DNA of 64,000 nucleotides from a virus: IMG/VR virus record IMGVR_UViG_3300045450_000145, positions 119,547 to 183,546 of that record; one strand, 5' to 3'. Shown piece by piece: positions 27,021 to 37,734 of this stretch (position 1 is its first letter; each line of letters starts with the position of its first letter). The notes under the pieces were generated by a model. It saw only the letters and a program-made list of their open reading frames with translations, ran no database searches and was not told where the DNA came from. The position numbers and the translations under genes were made by a program.

Positions 27021-30000
27021 TCACTCGAAGGTCTGTGCAATTGGTGATGTTGGAACAACCTTAATGGAATACGCGCTTAACCGTGAGGTCTTGAAGATGT
27101 CAATGAGCTCGTAGTTATTCGCAAGGATGTCATTTAACGCTGCAAAGAAAATTTCGTTAATCTGCGCAACATTAGCTTGGTTCCAAATATCAGTCATAGT
27201 TTTACGAGCATTTGCAGGTGAATTAAACCACTCATCGCTTGCGCTTAAATCTAAGAACGAGATGTAATCTGGAACTGGCACCCTACCGGTTGTGTTCATC
27301 AAGGATGTATTTACAATGGTATAGGTAATTGAAGACCTGAGCAATTCTGCAGGTGCCAAGGTTTGTTCATTATTAAAACCGAATCTAGTGCGTGTGTTAT
27401 TGCGCTCGTCATATAACACCCGTCGAATTGCAGGGATGTCATTACCCGCGCTGTCAACACCAGCGACCGAATCTGTAAGTTTCAGCCAGAGACTTTCAGA
27501 GATTCTAGTTCTTTGACCAGGTCTCATGAGACGCCACTCTGTGTGGGTGTTCTTTAAATTCAAATCTTCAGGATCAACCCGTAAGGTGAAGTTGCGTGTA
27601 AATCTCAACTTGAAGGTATCATCCTTAGTCACAATATAATTTAAACCGGAAATCGTAATTGCGTCGTAACGCAGAGGAGACGCAGCATTATTATCTCCAA
27701 TCATATGTTGGAAAGTCAGGAAGTTAGTTGGACCTTCAATCAGCTCTTGCTGAATAGACTTAGTAGACATTTTCTTACCAGTCGCAGCAGTTGGCTTATC
27801 TCTCACCCAGAAATAGTATAAGTTGCTAGATAAGGCGCCGTCTCTATCTCTTACTGGGAATGTGACATATTCATAGTCTTGCTTGTAATGCTGCTGATAT
27901 GAGAGGTCATCATTACTTGTAGGATTAAAGTTAAACTCGATGGAGGTAGGCTCATACTTTCTAATAATGGCTGTAACTTCACTTCCTTGAGATAACTTCT
28001 TCAGGGTTAAAGTTTGTCCATTTACAGTATATGCCGCCTTGAGCTGTGAGATGCCATTAACATAAACGGATAATCTATCTTGGTCAATGTTATTAATATT
28101 GACTAGGGAGAACTCTCCATCATTCAAGGCAGTACCACTCATGATGGTATTTTCAAGCAACTTCCATTCACTCCACTCGCTCTTGTATTTTCTAACCTCA
28201 ACGTTATTATTCAAAGTTAGTGGATTTTTATTTTCATTAATGGCGTCTTGCACCACAATTAAATTAGCGTTTGTTCCTTGAGATACAAAATCACCAATAT
28301 ATGGCTTCCAGCTACTAACCGGCTGACGAGAGTCATTAGTTAGTTGTGCTTGCGTTGGAATGTTCCACGCCACCCAGCCAACACCATTGTACTCGTTGCT
28401 TTCCTTGTCATTTATGAATCTTCCTTGGGAAGCAATGCTTGGGTCAACTACGACCTCACTGAGTTCAACCGAGGCATAGGCAATTAGGCTATCATTAAGC
28501 GCCTCAACGATAGCCTCCTGCGCGTACCCTGCATCTACCAGAGCAGTTGTTTTTGGAGTGATGCGGATGTTGAACCCGATCCTGGACATGTCAACTACAA
28601 TGCTGCTATTCTGAATAACACCAACTGTAGCGTTTCTGCCGTTAAATGGTGGGTTAGATTTAGCACCGTCTTCGCCTAGCGCAGAGTTAATGAGGAATGT
28701 TTCAGCATCACCTGAACCAACTTCAGTTACCTTAATGAAGAACGAGTAGTTGTAATCCCCGGTGGATAATCCATTTTCATCCAACACTGGTACACGCTCA
28801 GTGATAGGAGTGAATAATAGCTGGCCTGTAAATTTGACATTGCTATTTGTGGAAGTAACCTCAACAATGCCGTCAAATGTCTGCCACAGTGGATTTGTTA
28901 AACCAACATTTTCAACGTCAGACATTGTATTATCAAAGTGCAGGCCAAAATTGCCCAGAACAATATACTCAGATAATGGCTTTGGATCAACATCATCATG
29001 TTTCCACGCGCCTATTCTCATACCAGCAACAACACCATACTGGTCGAAGGTGCCTACATCTAGCCACGCCTTACCCTTGCTAATTAGATTTAGATTGCCA
29101 CTAAAGCTAGAATTAAATGACTCGTGTTTAAATTCGACTGGTATCGGTGAATAAGACCATGCAATTGGCCTAATATACCAATTTCTTTCTCTGACATAAT
29201 TTTGCTTGTCAGCCACCTTACCTGCGGCCTTTTGATCGTCAGCTAGGTCCGCATTACCAGCTTGAGATTCTGCTAAAGCATCATACTCAGATGGAGGCAC
29301 AGTAGAACGAACCCATTCATATACGTCTACAGTAGAGTAATCGGCTAATGTGCCCCATCTGCTAAGTCTTTCATCTCTATTTTTAAAGATGATGTCATCA
29401 TAGTATGGGATGTATGAGAGATTGCGTGTGTCAAACCACACACGTCCAACTTCTTTTTCGCCCCAAACTCTTAGTGGGTCATATGAGTTGTTATTAATAA
29501 CTAGAGTTGAGTAGTTATATTTCGCTGGGTTTTGATCAGAGATAATGTTGATACTTTCTAACGCCGCAGGTGTATGGATGTTCGCCGCTGGGTGCCACAC
29601 GGGAATTTCAGCAACTAGCTCATTTTCAACGTAATTGAATAACTTGACTGGATTAAAACGCGGCTTGGCAGGACCATATCCTATGATAGAAATAGGCCCG
29701 CCAGTTGCCAAGATTTTCGTGCTGTTGATTTGAGTGTAATTTCCGCTGTTAGAAATTAACTTATCAGCAACAAATGGCAGTTCATATAACTGCCCAATTT
29801 GAGGTGCTTGTAAATTAAATGAACCGACTGGCTCAGCAATATAGTAAGCGTCCTGATCCATGTCATCGATGGTAAACCACCTAGACTCGTCAAAACGATT
29901 AATTTCGCTATATGCTGATAGCTTTTCAATTGGGTCAAATTGAAGCTGTGTAAATTGAGTTAGCGCGTCAGAGATGGAAAGCTTAAGTTCAGGGAATGTC

Positions 30001-33000
30001 TTCTGACGGGCATCACCATATTCGGCCGCTTTATATGCCCAGTACTCATCGACTTTAGCATCTTCAAATCTGTTATTATTCAGGTATGCTTCGATAGATA
30101 GGTTAGTGCCTTTTGACTGGATTAGACCACGCCAGAAGTTAAATTGGGTCTTATTAGAAATATCTAGGTCATTGAAATATTGCTTCTCATTGAAACCTAA
30201 TAATGCCATTGCGTGCTTGGTTGTAGTTTCGTTCTCAAATGCCTTGTTTGCATTGTAGAAGTCCGCAATATTATCGGCAGATGCCTGAATATTTTGGTGA
30301 ACTGTGTTACCCTTTAAGAAGTGGCCGCCGAACTCTGGTCGCATGTTATCGGTTGATTGCTTGCGACCGTTAAAACGGTAAGTTACAACGCGTGATGCAG
30401 AAAATGGATCGTATAAGATGCCCTTCTTAATGGATGGCTGCGCGTAATTATTGAAAATAAAGACATGCTCAAATTCATCTAGCTGTACGTGTGCTGAGAA
30501 CATAGGAGCTTCTGCCACAACAGATGACTTACCGTTGGTTCTCAAAATATTTAAATCTGCCTTCTTAAATTTAGAGCCAAAAACGTCAAAAATACCCGCA
30601 TGCCCAGTAATATCAAAGAGAGAAGTGTCTGTGAACTCAGAGAGTAAACCCTTCTTCTGAATAAATTGTAATCCATCTAAGAATGGGTTAATGACATGGC
30701 CTTGCTCTAATTTAATGCCGGCGTAGCAGCGATCAATTAGTTTTTCAACTTCAAGCTGGAAGGTGCGCGCACGGCCAGTTTCAGCATCTATTTTGCTGCT
30801 GTCGCTACTAAAGTCCCAACCACGTTCTTCTAGATACAAGGAATAACCAAATAGGAAATTCACTACGTTTTGTAAGCCAGTAATTACCAACGGTAAGTTT
30901 GTTTTCTTAAGTTGCTTTTTTATAGTTGGCTGATGCCATTCTCTAGAGGTGTGCTCTTTACCTAACGCATTAAATGTTAACACGCTCTTGTTTGGCTCCA
31001 TCTCATAATATGTCAATTCTAGGTAGCGTGGATTATATCCTTCAATTCTAAAAACCCAATCCTCGCCACCTTCCTTTGGAATATACCCAGTTTCTGGCGC
31101 GTCTGTGTGCTCACCAAGTTGCAAAACAGTAATACGTAACGCTTGAATCCATTCATCGCGCGCAATTTGATTCTTCTTGAAAACTAGAGAATAGCCAGTA
31201 TCAGAAAGATTGTCATTGTCAGTGAAAACATTTAAATCGTCAGTATTAACCAGGCCACCTGCGCGGTAGCCCATGTTAATATCCCATTCACGGTAGGCGC
31301 TGACTGCATATGATGATGAAGTATCGATTGAAGTTTCACGAAGAGCGTGTGTGAATACCTGGCCAAATCCCAAGAACTTATGAGATAAGACCGGGATAAA
31401 CGTTGCCCCAGTTGGAGTGATTTCAAATCTATCACCTATTCTAAATGGCTTACCTTCATCTTCAATTGTAAATGAATAACCAGCAACAGAAGTCAATGAG
31501 CCTTCTTGAATATAACCCAAAACTAAATTGTTTTGCATTACAGTGAAATTTTGCTTCCTGTCAGAATCGTACGCGTCGTAGGTAATTACCAAGTTAGTAT
31601 TACCAACTTGGTTTAACTCTAATTGGCTGCGTTCAATAATATTAAGCGTGTCACCGTGTAGCTTAAAGCGCTTGTGTCCAGGCATGTTCACATCCATGCC
31701 ATCATATAAGATGTTATCTACTTCGACCCAATTATAACCCCAGCAGAATCCTAAGAATGCAAGTGGGTCAAACCTAAACAAGGCACGGGCCTTTGCATAT
31801 CCATACTCAAGAGATTCTTTCCACACAGCTTCAACTGGTGAATCAGAATTATATTCATAGCTAAGTGATGGTCCTGGTGGCAGAGCAGTGGTTAGCGCAT
31901 TAACCGCGTGTGGAAGTGATTTACTGACATACGGTGGTAGCAGTTCGTCAGTGTATTCGTTTACACTTAATTTTAAAGTTGGATGTAATAACTTAATATC
32001 TGCCCACATTTGAGTGGACCACATTCTAGCTTGCCCAACTTGATCATTTAGAATGACCCAAGTAGTATTTTTGTACTTCTCACCGCTGGTAATTGTAATT
32101 ACATTTCCTGGTGATACTTGGGTTTTAGTCCACGCGCCCATTCCAACGGTCCAAATGGTGTTGTTTGGATGGAAGTCCTCACTAGTTAGTAAAACCTTAT
32201 CACCGGTAATAAGTTGAATGCCGTCAATTAAAGGCAAACCATTTAAGTCGGTATTTTTTGAACCGACATTAACTACCTTAACGCTGCCAATATGAGTGAA
32301 ATTGCTATTGATATTAGCAGGCTGAATCGCAGCAGTGTATGCTACTTTTTTCTCAGCAGTTAAACTATTCCACCACGCTGTAGCGTCAGTGAAATTAAAT
32401 AGCTTCCATGGCTCTAGATTTGGACGCTCAGTTGGAATAACTCCGCTCACAGTTCTTTGGTGAGATAGTAATACATTAAACCAACGAGCTGGTACTTTAT
32501 CATCAGATAAAGCTGGGAAGTTGCCCTTATCAGCTTTGGAATAATTCCAGGTAAAGGCATCGCTTGCAATATAATCGGAACCTAGTGGATCATACGCGTT
32601 AGTTGACGCAAATAAGAAGAGCTCTTTCTTTAACTGATCATGGAATTCAATGTCGCTTTCTAATGCAGAAAAGTCGTACTTTCTGGCATTTGGGTTAATG
32701 CCATAGTAAAGCTTATTTTCAATGTATAAAGTTAGAGAGTTTAAGGTTGAAGCTAAATCAATTGGCTTCCACAACTTATTCTTATCTTCCTTTACCCATC
32801 CATCTTGCCACACGAATAATGTGTCTTCGGCGCGGTGATACCACGTAGTGCCATTGATCGGATTGGAGGGTGCCAAGTTATCAGAGTCAACATCAAAGAT
32901 GTGCAGGGGGTTGCCTGGAGGTGCCCAAATTTCTCCCTTATATGGCTTGTTAACTGGAGTAGAAGTAAATGAGCCAATGGCCAGGGTGTAAGAATTGTCA

Positions 33001-35579
33001 GACCGCTTGATTTGCAAAGCGACAAAATTGCCTAATACATTTTGTCTGAAGTCAAAGTCATCTTCAATTAGCGGCGACTTGTGGCCGTCGTGGTGTGTCA
33101 ACAAAACCTTACCGAGTTTATTATCAAATTTAATTTGCGGCTTAACTAGATTAGAAATGCCAAGCTGTGGTAAGGTAATTGGGAACCCTAAAACTGGCGA
33201 AGTAGAATCAAATAAGACGGTCTTGACATCATTCTCAGACTTACGAATATTCTGAATATATTCAAATAATAATTCTAGTTTTTCTAAGGTACTGACATTC
33301 CCATTATCTGCTAGATATTGGATAATATTTTGCTGATAAATGTCTTTTACTGTGTTTAACGCATTTTCATATTGACGCTGTGCTAAATCAATAATTGAGA
33401 TAGGTGTCATGTCTCTCTGCATTAGCAGAGAAGCCAATAATGTTTGTTGTTCGCTCCACAGCTTGATGCTTCCACCAAATGAATAATTTACATTGTCATC
33501 AATTTGATTAGTCAGGATGCCGCGGAAGTGCGAATATAAGGCACCTTCGCTAACTTCTGATCTTGATTCGTTGTATGGGTTATTATAGAAGGTTCTTGGA
33601 ATTTGATAAGCTCCTTCACCTAATACGTCCACTAAGTTATGGGAGGCGTCACGCTTAACATAACGTGGTGTTTCTAAATTACCGACTCTTACCAAGAAGG
33701 TATCACCCGGCTCAAAGTCAATATTTCCACGAGAGATAAATGCGTTGAATTCACCATTAGAATATGGTTCTCCGACGCTAATTACATTATATGGAGATGG
33801 CAAGCTTGCCATCTTTGAGCCGGTAATCTCAAATGTATTATTAGTTAAAGCAGTTAAGGTCCACACCTGCTGTTGTGTAAACCCAAGCGGTTCAAACTTA
33901 CTAAGTTTGCCATTACCTGCACCACCATATTGCACATCAACTAAAGTTGGCTCACTATAACCTGGTTCCCAAATAGTTTTTAATTTGCCATTGCGCTTAA
34001 TAAAGAGCAAGTTATTATTTTCATCCATCAGGCCATGGTTAAAAACAAAGTCAGCTGAGTCATTATTCGACTTATCAACGCGCCGCTGTAAACTTACATC
34101 CAATCTGCCAGTTAGGTCTTCATCATAGTAAAATACAGAGGATACTAAGTTAGAATGGGTGCCATCATAACGATACAAATCAAATAAAGGCAGCTGGTTA
34201 AATTCAGTCTTAATTTGCTTGTAAAAATCTCCACTATCAGCCGGTAAACCATTCTTAACATATGAGTTAAGTTGAATGTCAGCTGAGTATTCAATAATTG
34301 GCCTTACAGCCTGGATTGCTTCTGATCTGCCAATATTAAGACGATTTAGCTCATCGCCACTTACCCAATAATTTCCTTCTTGCCAGTTGTTAGTATTACT
34401 TTCACTAACATTTGGTAAAACTTTCCACCCATAGCCTGGACCCGTTTCGTTTGAGAAAGACTCAAACATTTTTTGGCCGTTTGCATTACCGCCAGCAACA
34501 AAAACCTGCGCTTGTGGGGCAGAAGTTTGGGCGTTAAAGTCGGGCGCGCGTTCCCACTCACCAGGTCTTACGATGTAAATGCCGTCATCAACAGCTGAGT
34601 TGTTCTTAATTAGGACTCTATCGCCATTTCGTAATAAGACATTGTCGATAGTTTGATAAACGTTAAGTGGCTTTACTTTATTGACTTTGCCCTTAATGCC
34701 ACTTTTCCCCTTAAAAGATGTGGTGTAGTTTCTAGATAGTAAGGTTGGAGTAATAGTAATTACATCTCCCGCTTCAAAGCTGCTTAGGCCGATGCTTTCA
34801 CCAAATTGATCATATATGAATTCGCGTGTAATGTTAAATTCGATTAGTTTGATTCGATCGCTACCATTATTGACATAAATGTCAAAGTGCTCGTCTTGAT
34901 TGGTTAGAGCAAAATCTACTTGCTCTAACTTGTATCCATTTAAAATACCATTTACAGCTAAAGTAAATGAGGTTGGAGAAGTAAAAGTAAGAGTAAAGAC
35001 GATGTTGTTGAAGCCAGTACCAGTCAAAATTACTCTCTTTGTAGAGGCAGCACTAACGTTCTTCTTATTCTTATTACTTGGAGATGGGTTAGCAATAGTG
35101 TAGTATTCTGGTGATAGCTCTGGATTCCATGGCATATCAGGGGCATTATCAACCGACCTTGCAATCCAATAGTAATTGAAGAAGTTTGTAAACTTATCCA
35201 AGTTAATTGGCGGCACAAAGTTATTGCCTTGTGAATACAGCCAATCTAGATTATCGGTTTGAATGCCAAGTGCAGCTGCCTTCTTAATTAGGTCCTGCAC
35301 CGTAAAGGTATTAAGGTCATTGCCAACTTTAAATGATAAAACTGGAATGATTGCATTGATGTCGCGTTCCGCATTAACTTCTGGGATGCGCTGAGTTCTA
35401 TCATCTGTGCTAGATGGCTTTCTACCGACGTAGCCATATAATGGCACGCTTTCATCGTGCGTGAGAAAACGATTAAACAGGTTATCCACTAAGGCAGAAA
35501 TCTGTGGATTTCTGAGCTTATGCGGAATGTAGTTCTTTAAGTCGTTGAAGTCTCTATTGAAGTCAGGATTTTGTGCCAT
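27021..35579 (-). CDS. Giant 2852-aa virion protein, probable baseplate wedge (gp7-like position)
   Basis: Uninterrupted ORF after a late promoter; two copies of the ID-x-V/I-x-L-x-x-GD-R/K-VL fibre/collar motif. Confidence 0.6.
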   Translation of the reverse strand: MAQNPDFNRDFNDLKNYIPHKLRNPQISALVDNLFNRFLTHDESVPLYGYVGRKPSSTDDRTQRIPEVNAERDINAIIPVLSFKVGNDLNTFTVQDLIKKAAALGIQTDNLDWLYSQGNNFVPPINLDKFTNFFNYYWIARSVDNAPDMPWNPELSPEYYTIANPSPSNKNKKNVSAASTKRVILTGTGFNNIVFTLTFTSPTSFTLAVNGILNGYKLEQVDFALTNQDEHFDIYVNNGSDRIKLIEFNITREFIYDQFGESIGLSSFEAGDVITITPTLLSRNYTTSFKGKSGIKGKVNKVKPLNVYQTIDNVLLRNGDRVLIKNNSAVDDGIYIVRPGEWERAPDFNAQTSAPQAQVFVAGGNANGQKMFESFSNETGPGYGWKVLPNVSESNTNNWQEGNYWVSGDELNRLNIGRSEAIQAVRPIIEYSADIQLNSYVKNGLPADSGDFYKQIKTEFNQLPLFDLYRYDGTHSNLVSSVFYYDEDLTGRLDVSLQRRVDKSNNDSADFVFNHGLMDENNNLLFIKRNGKLKTIWEPGYSEPTLVDVQYGGAGNGKLSKFEPLGFTQQQVWTLTALTNNTFEITGSKMASLPSPYNVISVGEPYSNGEFNAFISRGNIDFEPGDTFLVRVGNLETPRYVKRDASHNLVDVLGEGAYQIPRTFYNNPYNESRSEVSEGALYSHFRGILTNQIDDNVNYSFGGSIKLWSEQQTLLASLLMQRDMTPISIIDLAQRQYENALNTVKDIYQQNIIQYLADNGNVSTLEKLELLFEYIQNIRKSENDVKTVLFDSTSPVLGFPITLPQLGISNLVKPQIKFDNKLGKVLLTHHDGHKSPLIEDDFDFRQNVLGNFVALQIKRSDNSYTLAIGSFTSTPVNKPYKGEIWAPPGNPLHIFDVDSDNLAPSNPINGTTWYHRAEDTLFVWQDGWVKEDKNKLWKPIDLASTLNSLTLYIENKLYYGINPNARKYDFSALESDIEFHDQLKKELFLFASTNAYDPLGSDYIASDAFTWNYSKADKGNFPALSDDKVPARWFNVLLSHQRTVSGVIPTERPNLEPWKLFNFTDATAWWNSLTAEKKVAYTAAIQPANINSNFTHIGSVKVVNVGSKNTDLNGLPLIDGIQLITGDKVLLTSEDFHPNNTIWTVGMGAWTKTQVSPGNVITITSGEKYKNTTWVILNDQVGQARMWSTQMWADIKLLHPTLKLSVNEYTDELLPPYVSKSLPHAVNALTTALPPGPSLSYEYNSDSPVEAVWKESLEYGYAKARALFRFDPLAFLGFCWGYNWVEVDNILYDGMDVNMPGHKRFKLHGDTLNIIERSQLELNQVGNTNLVITYDAYDSDRKQNFTVMQNNLVLGYIQEGSLTSVAGYSFTIEDEGKPFRIGDRFEITPTGATFIPVLSHKFLGFGQVFTHALRETSIDTSSSYAVSAYREWDINMGYRAGGLVNTDDLNVFTDNDNLSDTGYSLVFKKNQIARDEWIQALRITVLQLGEHTDAPETGYIPKEGGEDWVFRIEGYNPRYLELTYYEMEPNKSVLTFNALGKEHTSREWHQPTIKKQLKKTNLPLVITGLQNVVNFLFGYSLYLEERGWDFSSDSSKIDAETGRARTFQLEVEKLIDRCYAGIKLEQGHVINPFLDGLQFIQKKGLLSEFTDTSLFDITGHAGIFDVFGSKFKKADLNILRTNGKSSVVAEAPMFSAHVQLDEFEHVFIFNNYAQPSIKKGILYDPFSASRVVTYRFNGRKQSTDNMRPEFGGHFLKGNTVHQNIQASADNIADFYNANKAFENETTTKHAMALLGFNEKQYFNDLDISNKTQFNFWRGLIQSKGTNLSIEAYLNNNRFEDAKVDEYWAYKAAEYGDARQKTFPELKLSISDALTQFTQLQFDPIEKLSAYSEINRFDESRWFTIDDMDQDAYYIAEPVGSFNLQAPQIGQLYELPFVADKLISNSGNYTQINSTKILATGGPISIIGYGPAKPRFNPVKLFNYVENELVAEIPVWHPAANIHTPAALESINIISDQNPAKYNYSTLVINNNSYDPLRVWGEKEVGRVWFDTRNLSYIPYYDDIIFKNRDERLSRWGTLADYSTVDVYEWVRSTVPPSEYDALAESQAGNADLADDQKAAGKVADKQNYVRERNWYIRPIAWSYSPIPVEFKHESFNSSFSGNLNLISKGKAWLDVGTFDQYGVVAGMRIGAWKHDDVDPKPLSEYIVLGNFGLHFDNTMSDVENVGLTNPLWQTFDGIVEVTSTNSNVKFTGQLLFTPITERVPVLDENGLSTGDYNYSFFIKVTEVGSGDAETFLINSALGEDGAKSNPPFNGRNATVGVIQNSSIVVDMSRIGFNIRITPKTTALVDAGYAQEAIVEALNDSLIAYASVELSEVVVDPSIASQGRFINDKESNEYNGVGWVAWNIPTQAQLTNDSRQPVSSWKPYIGDFVSQGTNANLIVVQDAINENKNPLTLNNNVEVRKYKSEWSEWKLLENTIMSGTALNDGEFSLVNINNIDQDRLSVYVNGISQLKAAYTVNGQTLTLKKLSQGSEVTAIIRKYEPTSIEFNFNPTSNDDLSYQQHYKQDYEYVTFPVRDRDGALSSNLYYFWVRDKPTAATGKKMSTKSIQQELIEGPTNFLTFQHMIGDNNAASPLRYDAITISGLNYIVTKDDTFKLRFTRNFTLRVDPEDLNLKNTHTEWRLMRPGQRTRISESLWLKLTDSVAGVDSAGNDIPAIRRVLYDERNNTRTRFGFNNEQTLAPAELLRSSITYTIVNTSLMNTTGRVPVPDYISFLDLSASDEWFNSPANARKTMTDIWNQANVAQINEIFFAALNDILANNYELIDIFKTSRLSAYSIKVVPTSPIAQTFE

Positions 35580-35606
35580 TACTCATATAATCTTTTGCGG
35601 ATGGAT

Positions 35607-35613
35607 TATTTAT
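35607..35613 (-). promoter_or_regulatory. T4-like late promoter ATAAATA
   Basis: 27 nt upstream of ORF 35579. Confidence 0.6.
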
Positions 35614-35652
35614 GAGAAATGGACTTTGCTCGCGGGGCGTCTAATCAGATAG

Positions 35653-36357
35653 TTAGAGCATATTGTATAATTTTTGCGCTGTTAACCTGCTAATATCTAA
35701 TATGTAGTACTTATTACATGAGAACATAATTTCATTTGACTGATTTGATACGTCACCTATATTCTTATCAAACTGATACAAGTCCGCACTTTTTAATGCG
35801 CCCATTAAAATCTCAAGTCTAATATCTCCATCTGTGAATCTAGGTGTTTTTAAATCTACTATGGATGGATCAATTTTATTATTTTCAATATAAGTAAGTG
35901 CGGCTCTTCTTAATTGCATTGGCCAGTTATCTATTGGTTCTGTTTCAATTTCACCCCAGGCATCATCAATATACTCTGAAAATGTGTAGTGATAATTTCC
36001 AATAGGGAAGAATAAATGAGGAACCCCATATCCTCTAGCAGTAGAAATATTGAATGTAGTAAAAATGCCTTGACTACGATATGGTATTCCAGTTTTGGAG
36101 ACGAAATATTCATCCATTAATTTTGAAAAGTGCTTTGACGCCGATAGGGGTTGTCTATCTTGTCTAGATGTTCCAAGCACTAACACATCTGATATTTTGG
36201 CTCTGTATTCACTAGGTCTGCTTTTTACGCCGCGCCATAATGGTGTGTCATTTTCTGCCAGAAATTTACTACAATTAGTCTTAATTAATTCTATTGCATT
36301 TTGGTATTCTTCAGAATCTAACGAGTCATATTCTTCAAATAAGTCAATTAGTTTCAT
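35653..36357 (-). CDS. ADP-ribosyltransferase-like protein, paralog 3
   Basis: PLWRGV / YRSQGIFTTF / RGYG / FPIG / SNEIM...YY pattern compatible with R-S-E ART; MKLIDLFEE tag. Confidence 0.55.
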   Translation of the reverse strand: MKLIDLFEEYDSLDSEEYQNAIELIKTNCSKFLAENDTPLWRGVKSRPSEYRAKISDVLVLGTSRQDRQPLSASKHFSKLMDEYFVSKTGIPYRSQGIFTTFNISTARGYGVPHLFFPIGNYHYTFSEYIDDAWGEIETEPIDNWPMQLRRAALTYIENNKIDPSIVDLKTPRFTDGDIRLEILMGALKSADLYQFDKNIGDVSNQSNEIMFSCNKYYILDISRLTAQKLYNML

Positions 36358-36358
36358 T

Positions 36359-37048
36359 TTAAGATACGCCTTTAGTTAACATATCCATAAATTTTTGAGG
36401 ATGCACTTCAGGCAAGACGGCATAATAATTATCACAGTGGATCATAATTTCAGAATTTGTCTTAGCAGCGCTCCTTAGCCCTTCATCGTAATAATACAAA
36501 GTATCCATGTCCCTAATTACATCTGCAAATATTGTTGCCTTTAATTCAATATCCTTTTCTAAATCGTCTTCAGTAATTTCTTCAGCTTCCATTTTAGCAA
36601 GAGCTAGCGTGTTTAGTGGCCTAGGCCAGTAAGCTGCTGGCTCTAGTTCAATATTTCCATAAGGGTCTTTTAAAATATCAGACCAAGCATAATTAAAATT
36701 GCCAACTGGAAATATCATGAGCGCCCTATTACCATAGGAAGCGGCAACACCTTGACTAAAAGTGGTGAATAGGCTTTGTGATCTGTAATCAATTCCGCTT
36801 TGCTTTTTTAAAAAGTCATTTATGACTTTTGAAAAGTGCGCATCAGAATCTTTTGCTCGCCGGTCTTTTCTAACTTTGCCATACAAGACATTATCAGAAA
36901 GGCGCTTTACGCTTGGGCTGTCGAGGTCTAAACCCCTCCACAATGGTGCATCGGATTGAGATAAAAACGGCCTACACTCATTTCTAATTTTATCAATGAG
37001 CTCTTGTGGGATGTCATCATTGTTGTTTGCAATCTCAAATAACTTCAT
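36359..37048 (-). CDS. ADP-ribosyltransferase-like protein, paralog 2
   Basis: PLWRGL / YRSQSLFTTF / ASYG / FPVG / NSEIM...YY; MKLFEI tag. Confidence 0.55.
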   Translation of the reverse strand: MKLFEIANNNDDIPQELIDKIRNECRPFLSQSDAPLWRGLDLDSPSVKRLSDNVLYGKVRKDRRAKDSDAHFSKVINDFLKKQSGIDYRSQSLFTTFSQGVAASYGNRALMIFPVGNFNYAWSDILKDPYGNIELEPAAYWPRPLNTLALAKMEAEEITEDDLEKDIELKATIFADVIRDMDTLYYYDEGLRSAAKTNSEIMIHCDNYYAVLPEVHPQKFMDMLTKGVS

Positions 37049-37734
37049 TTCTTTGCCTCGTCAAAAATGTAAAATGGCCTTACTCTATAATCACTCATTA
37101 GAGATGTGTCTACGGCATAATATGAATTGCAATGCAGCATAATTTCATTATCTTTGCCTATGGCTTGATTAATATTTTTATTAATATTAAAAAGCTGATC
37201 ACCAAACTTGCCTAATACCTTTTTAAAGACAGGTAGCGACTCATTTCCAGCAGCATCAATCTTCATATCTTTAGCAACTCGTTGCGCATATTCATATGGC
37301 TTGTCAGGTAGGTTCCAATGCTCAATGTAGCTATTGTAAATTTCATCATATGGGTCTTCAAAGATAGGCGACCATGCATAGCTAAAATCGCCAATCGGGA
37401 ATATTAAAAACGCATCGCCATATCCACCAGTAACTGATCTTTTAAAAGAGCAAAATAGGGAGTTGGATCTAAATTTGATGCCAGACTTTTCTTCAAAATA
37501 CTGATCTAGTAAATTATGAAATTCAAGAGATGAATCTTTTGGCTTGCGGTCTTTACGGACATCACCTTTATAAAAGCCATCTTCAATTTTAGTTAATGAT
37601 TTACTTTTATTAGTTAAAATTCCCCTGAAGAGAGGCTTATCTAGAGCCTGCAAATATGGCTGGCAGTCGCGCCTCACAATATCAATAATGCTAGAGAGCT
37701 TTTGCTCTTCTTCAAATAAGTGAATTAACTTCAT
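37045..37734 (-). CDS. ADP-ribosyltransferase-like protein, paralog 1
   Basis: PLFRGI / FRSNSLFCSF / GGYG / FPIG / DNEIM...YY; MKLIHLFEE tag. Confidence 0.55.
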   Translation of the reverse strand: MKLIHLFEEEQKLSSIIDIVRRDCQPYLQALDKPLFRGILTNKSKSLTKIEDGFYKGDVRKDRKPKDSSLEFHNLLDQYFEEKSGIKFRSNSLFCSFKRSVTGGYGDAFLIFPIGDFSYAWSPIFEDPYDEIYNSYIEHWNLPDKPYEYAQRVAKDMKIDAAGNESLPVFKKVLGKFGDQLFNINKNINQAIGKDNEIMLHCNSYYAVDTSLMSDYRVRPFYIFDEAKK

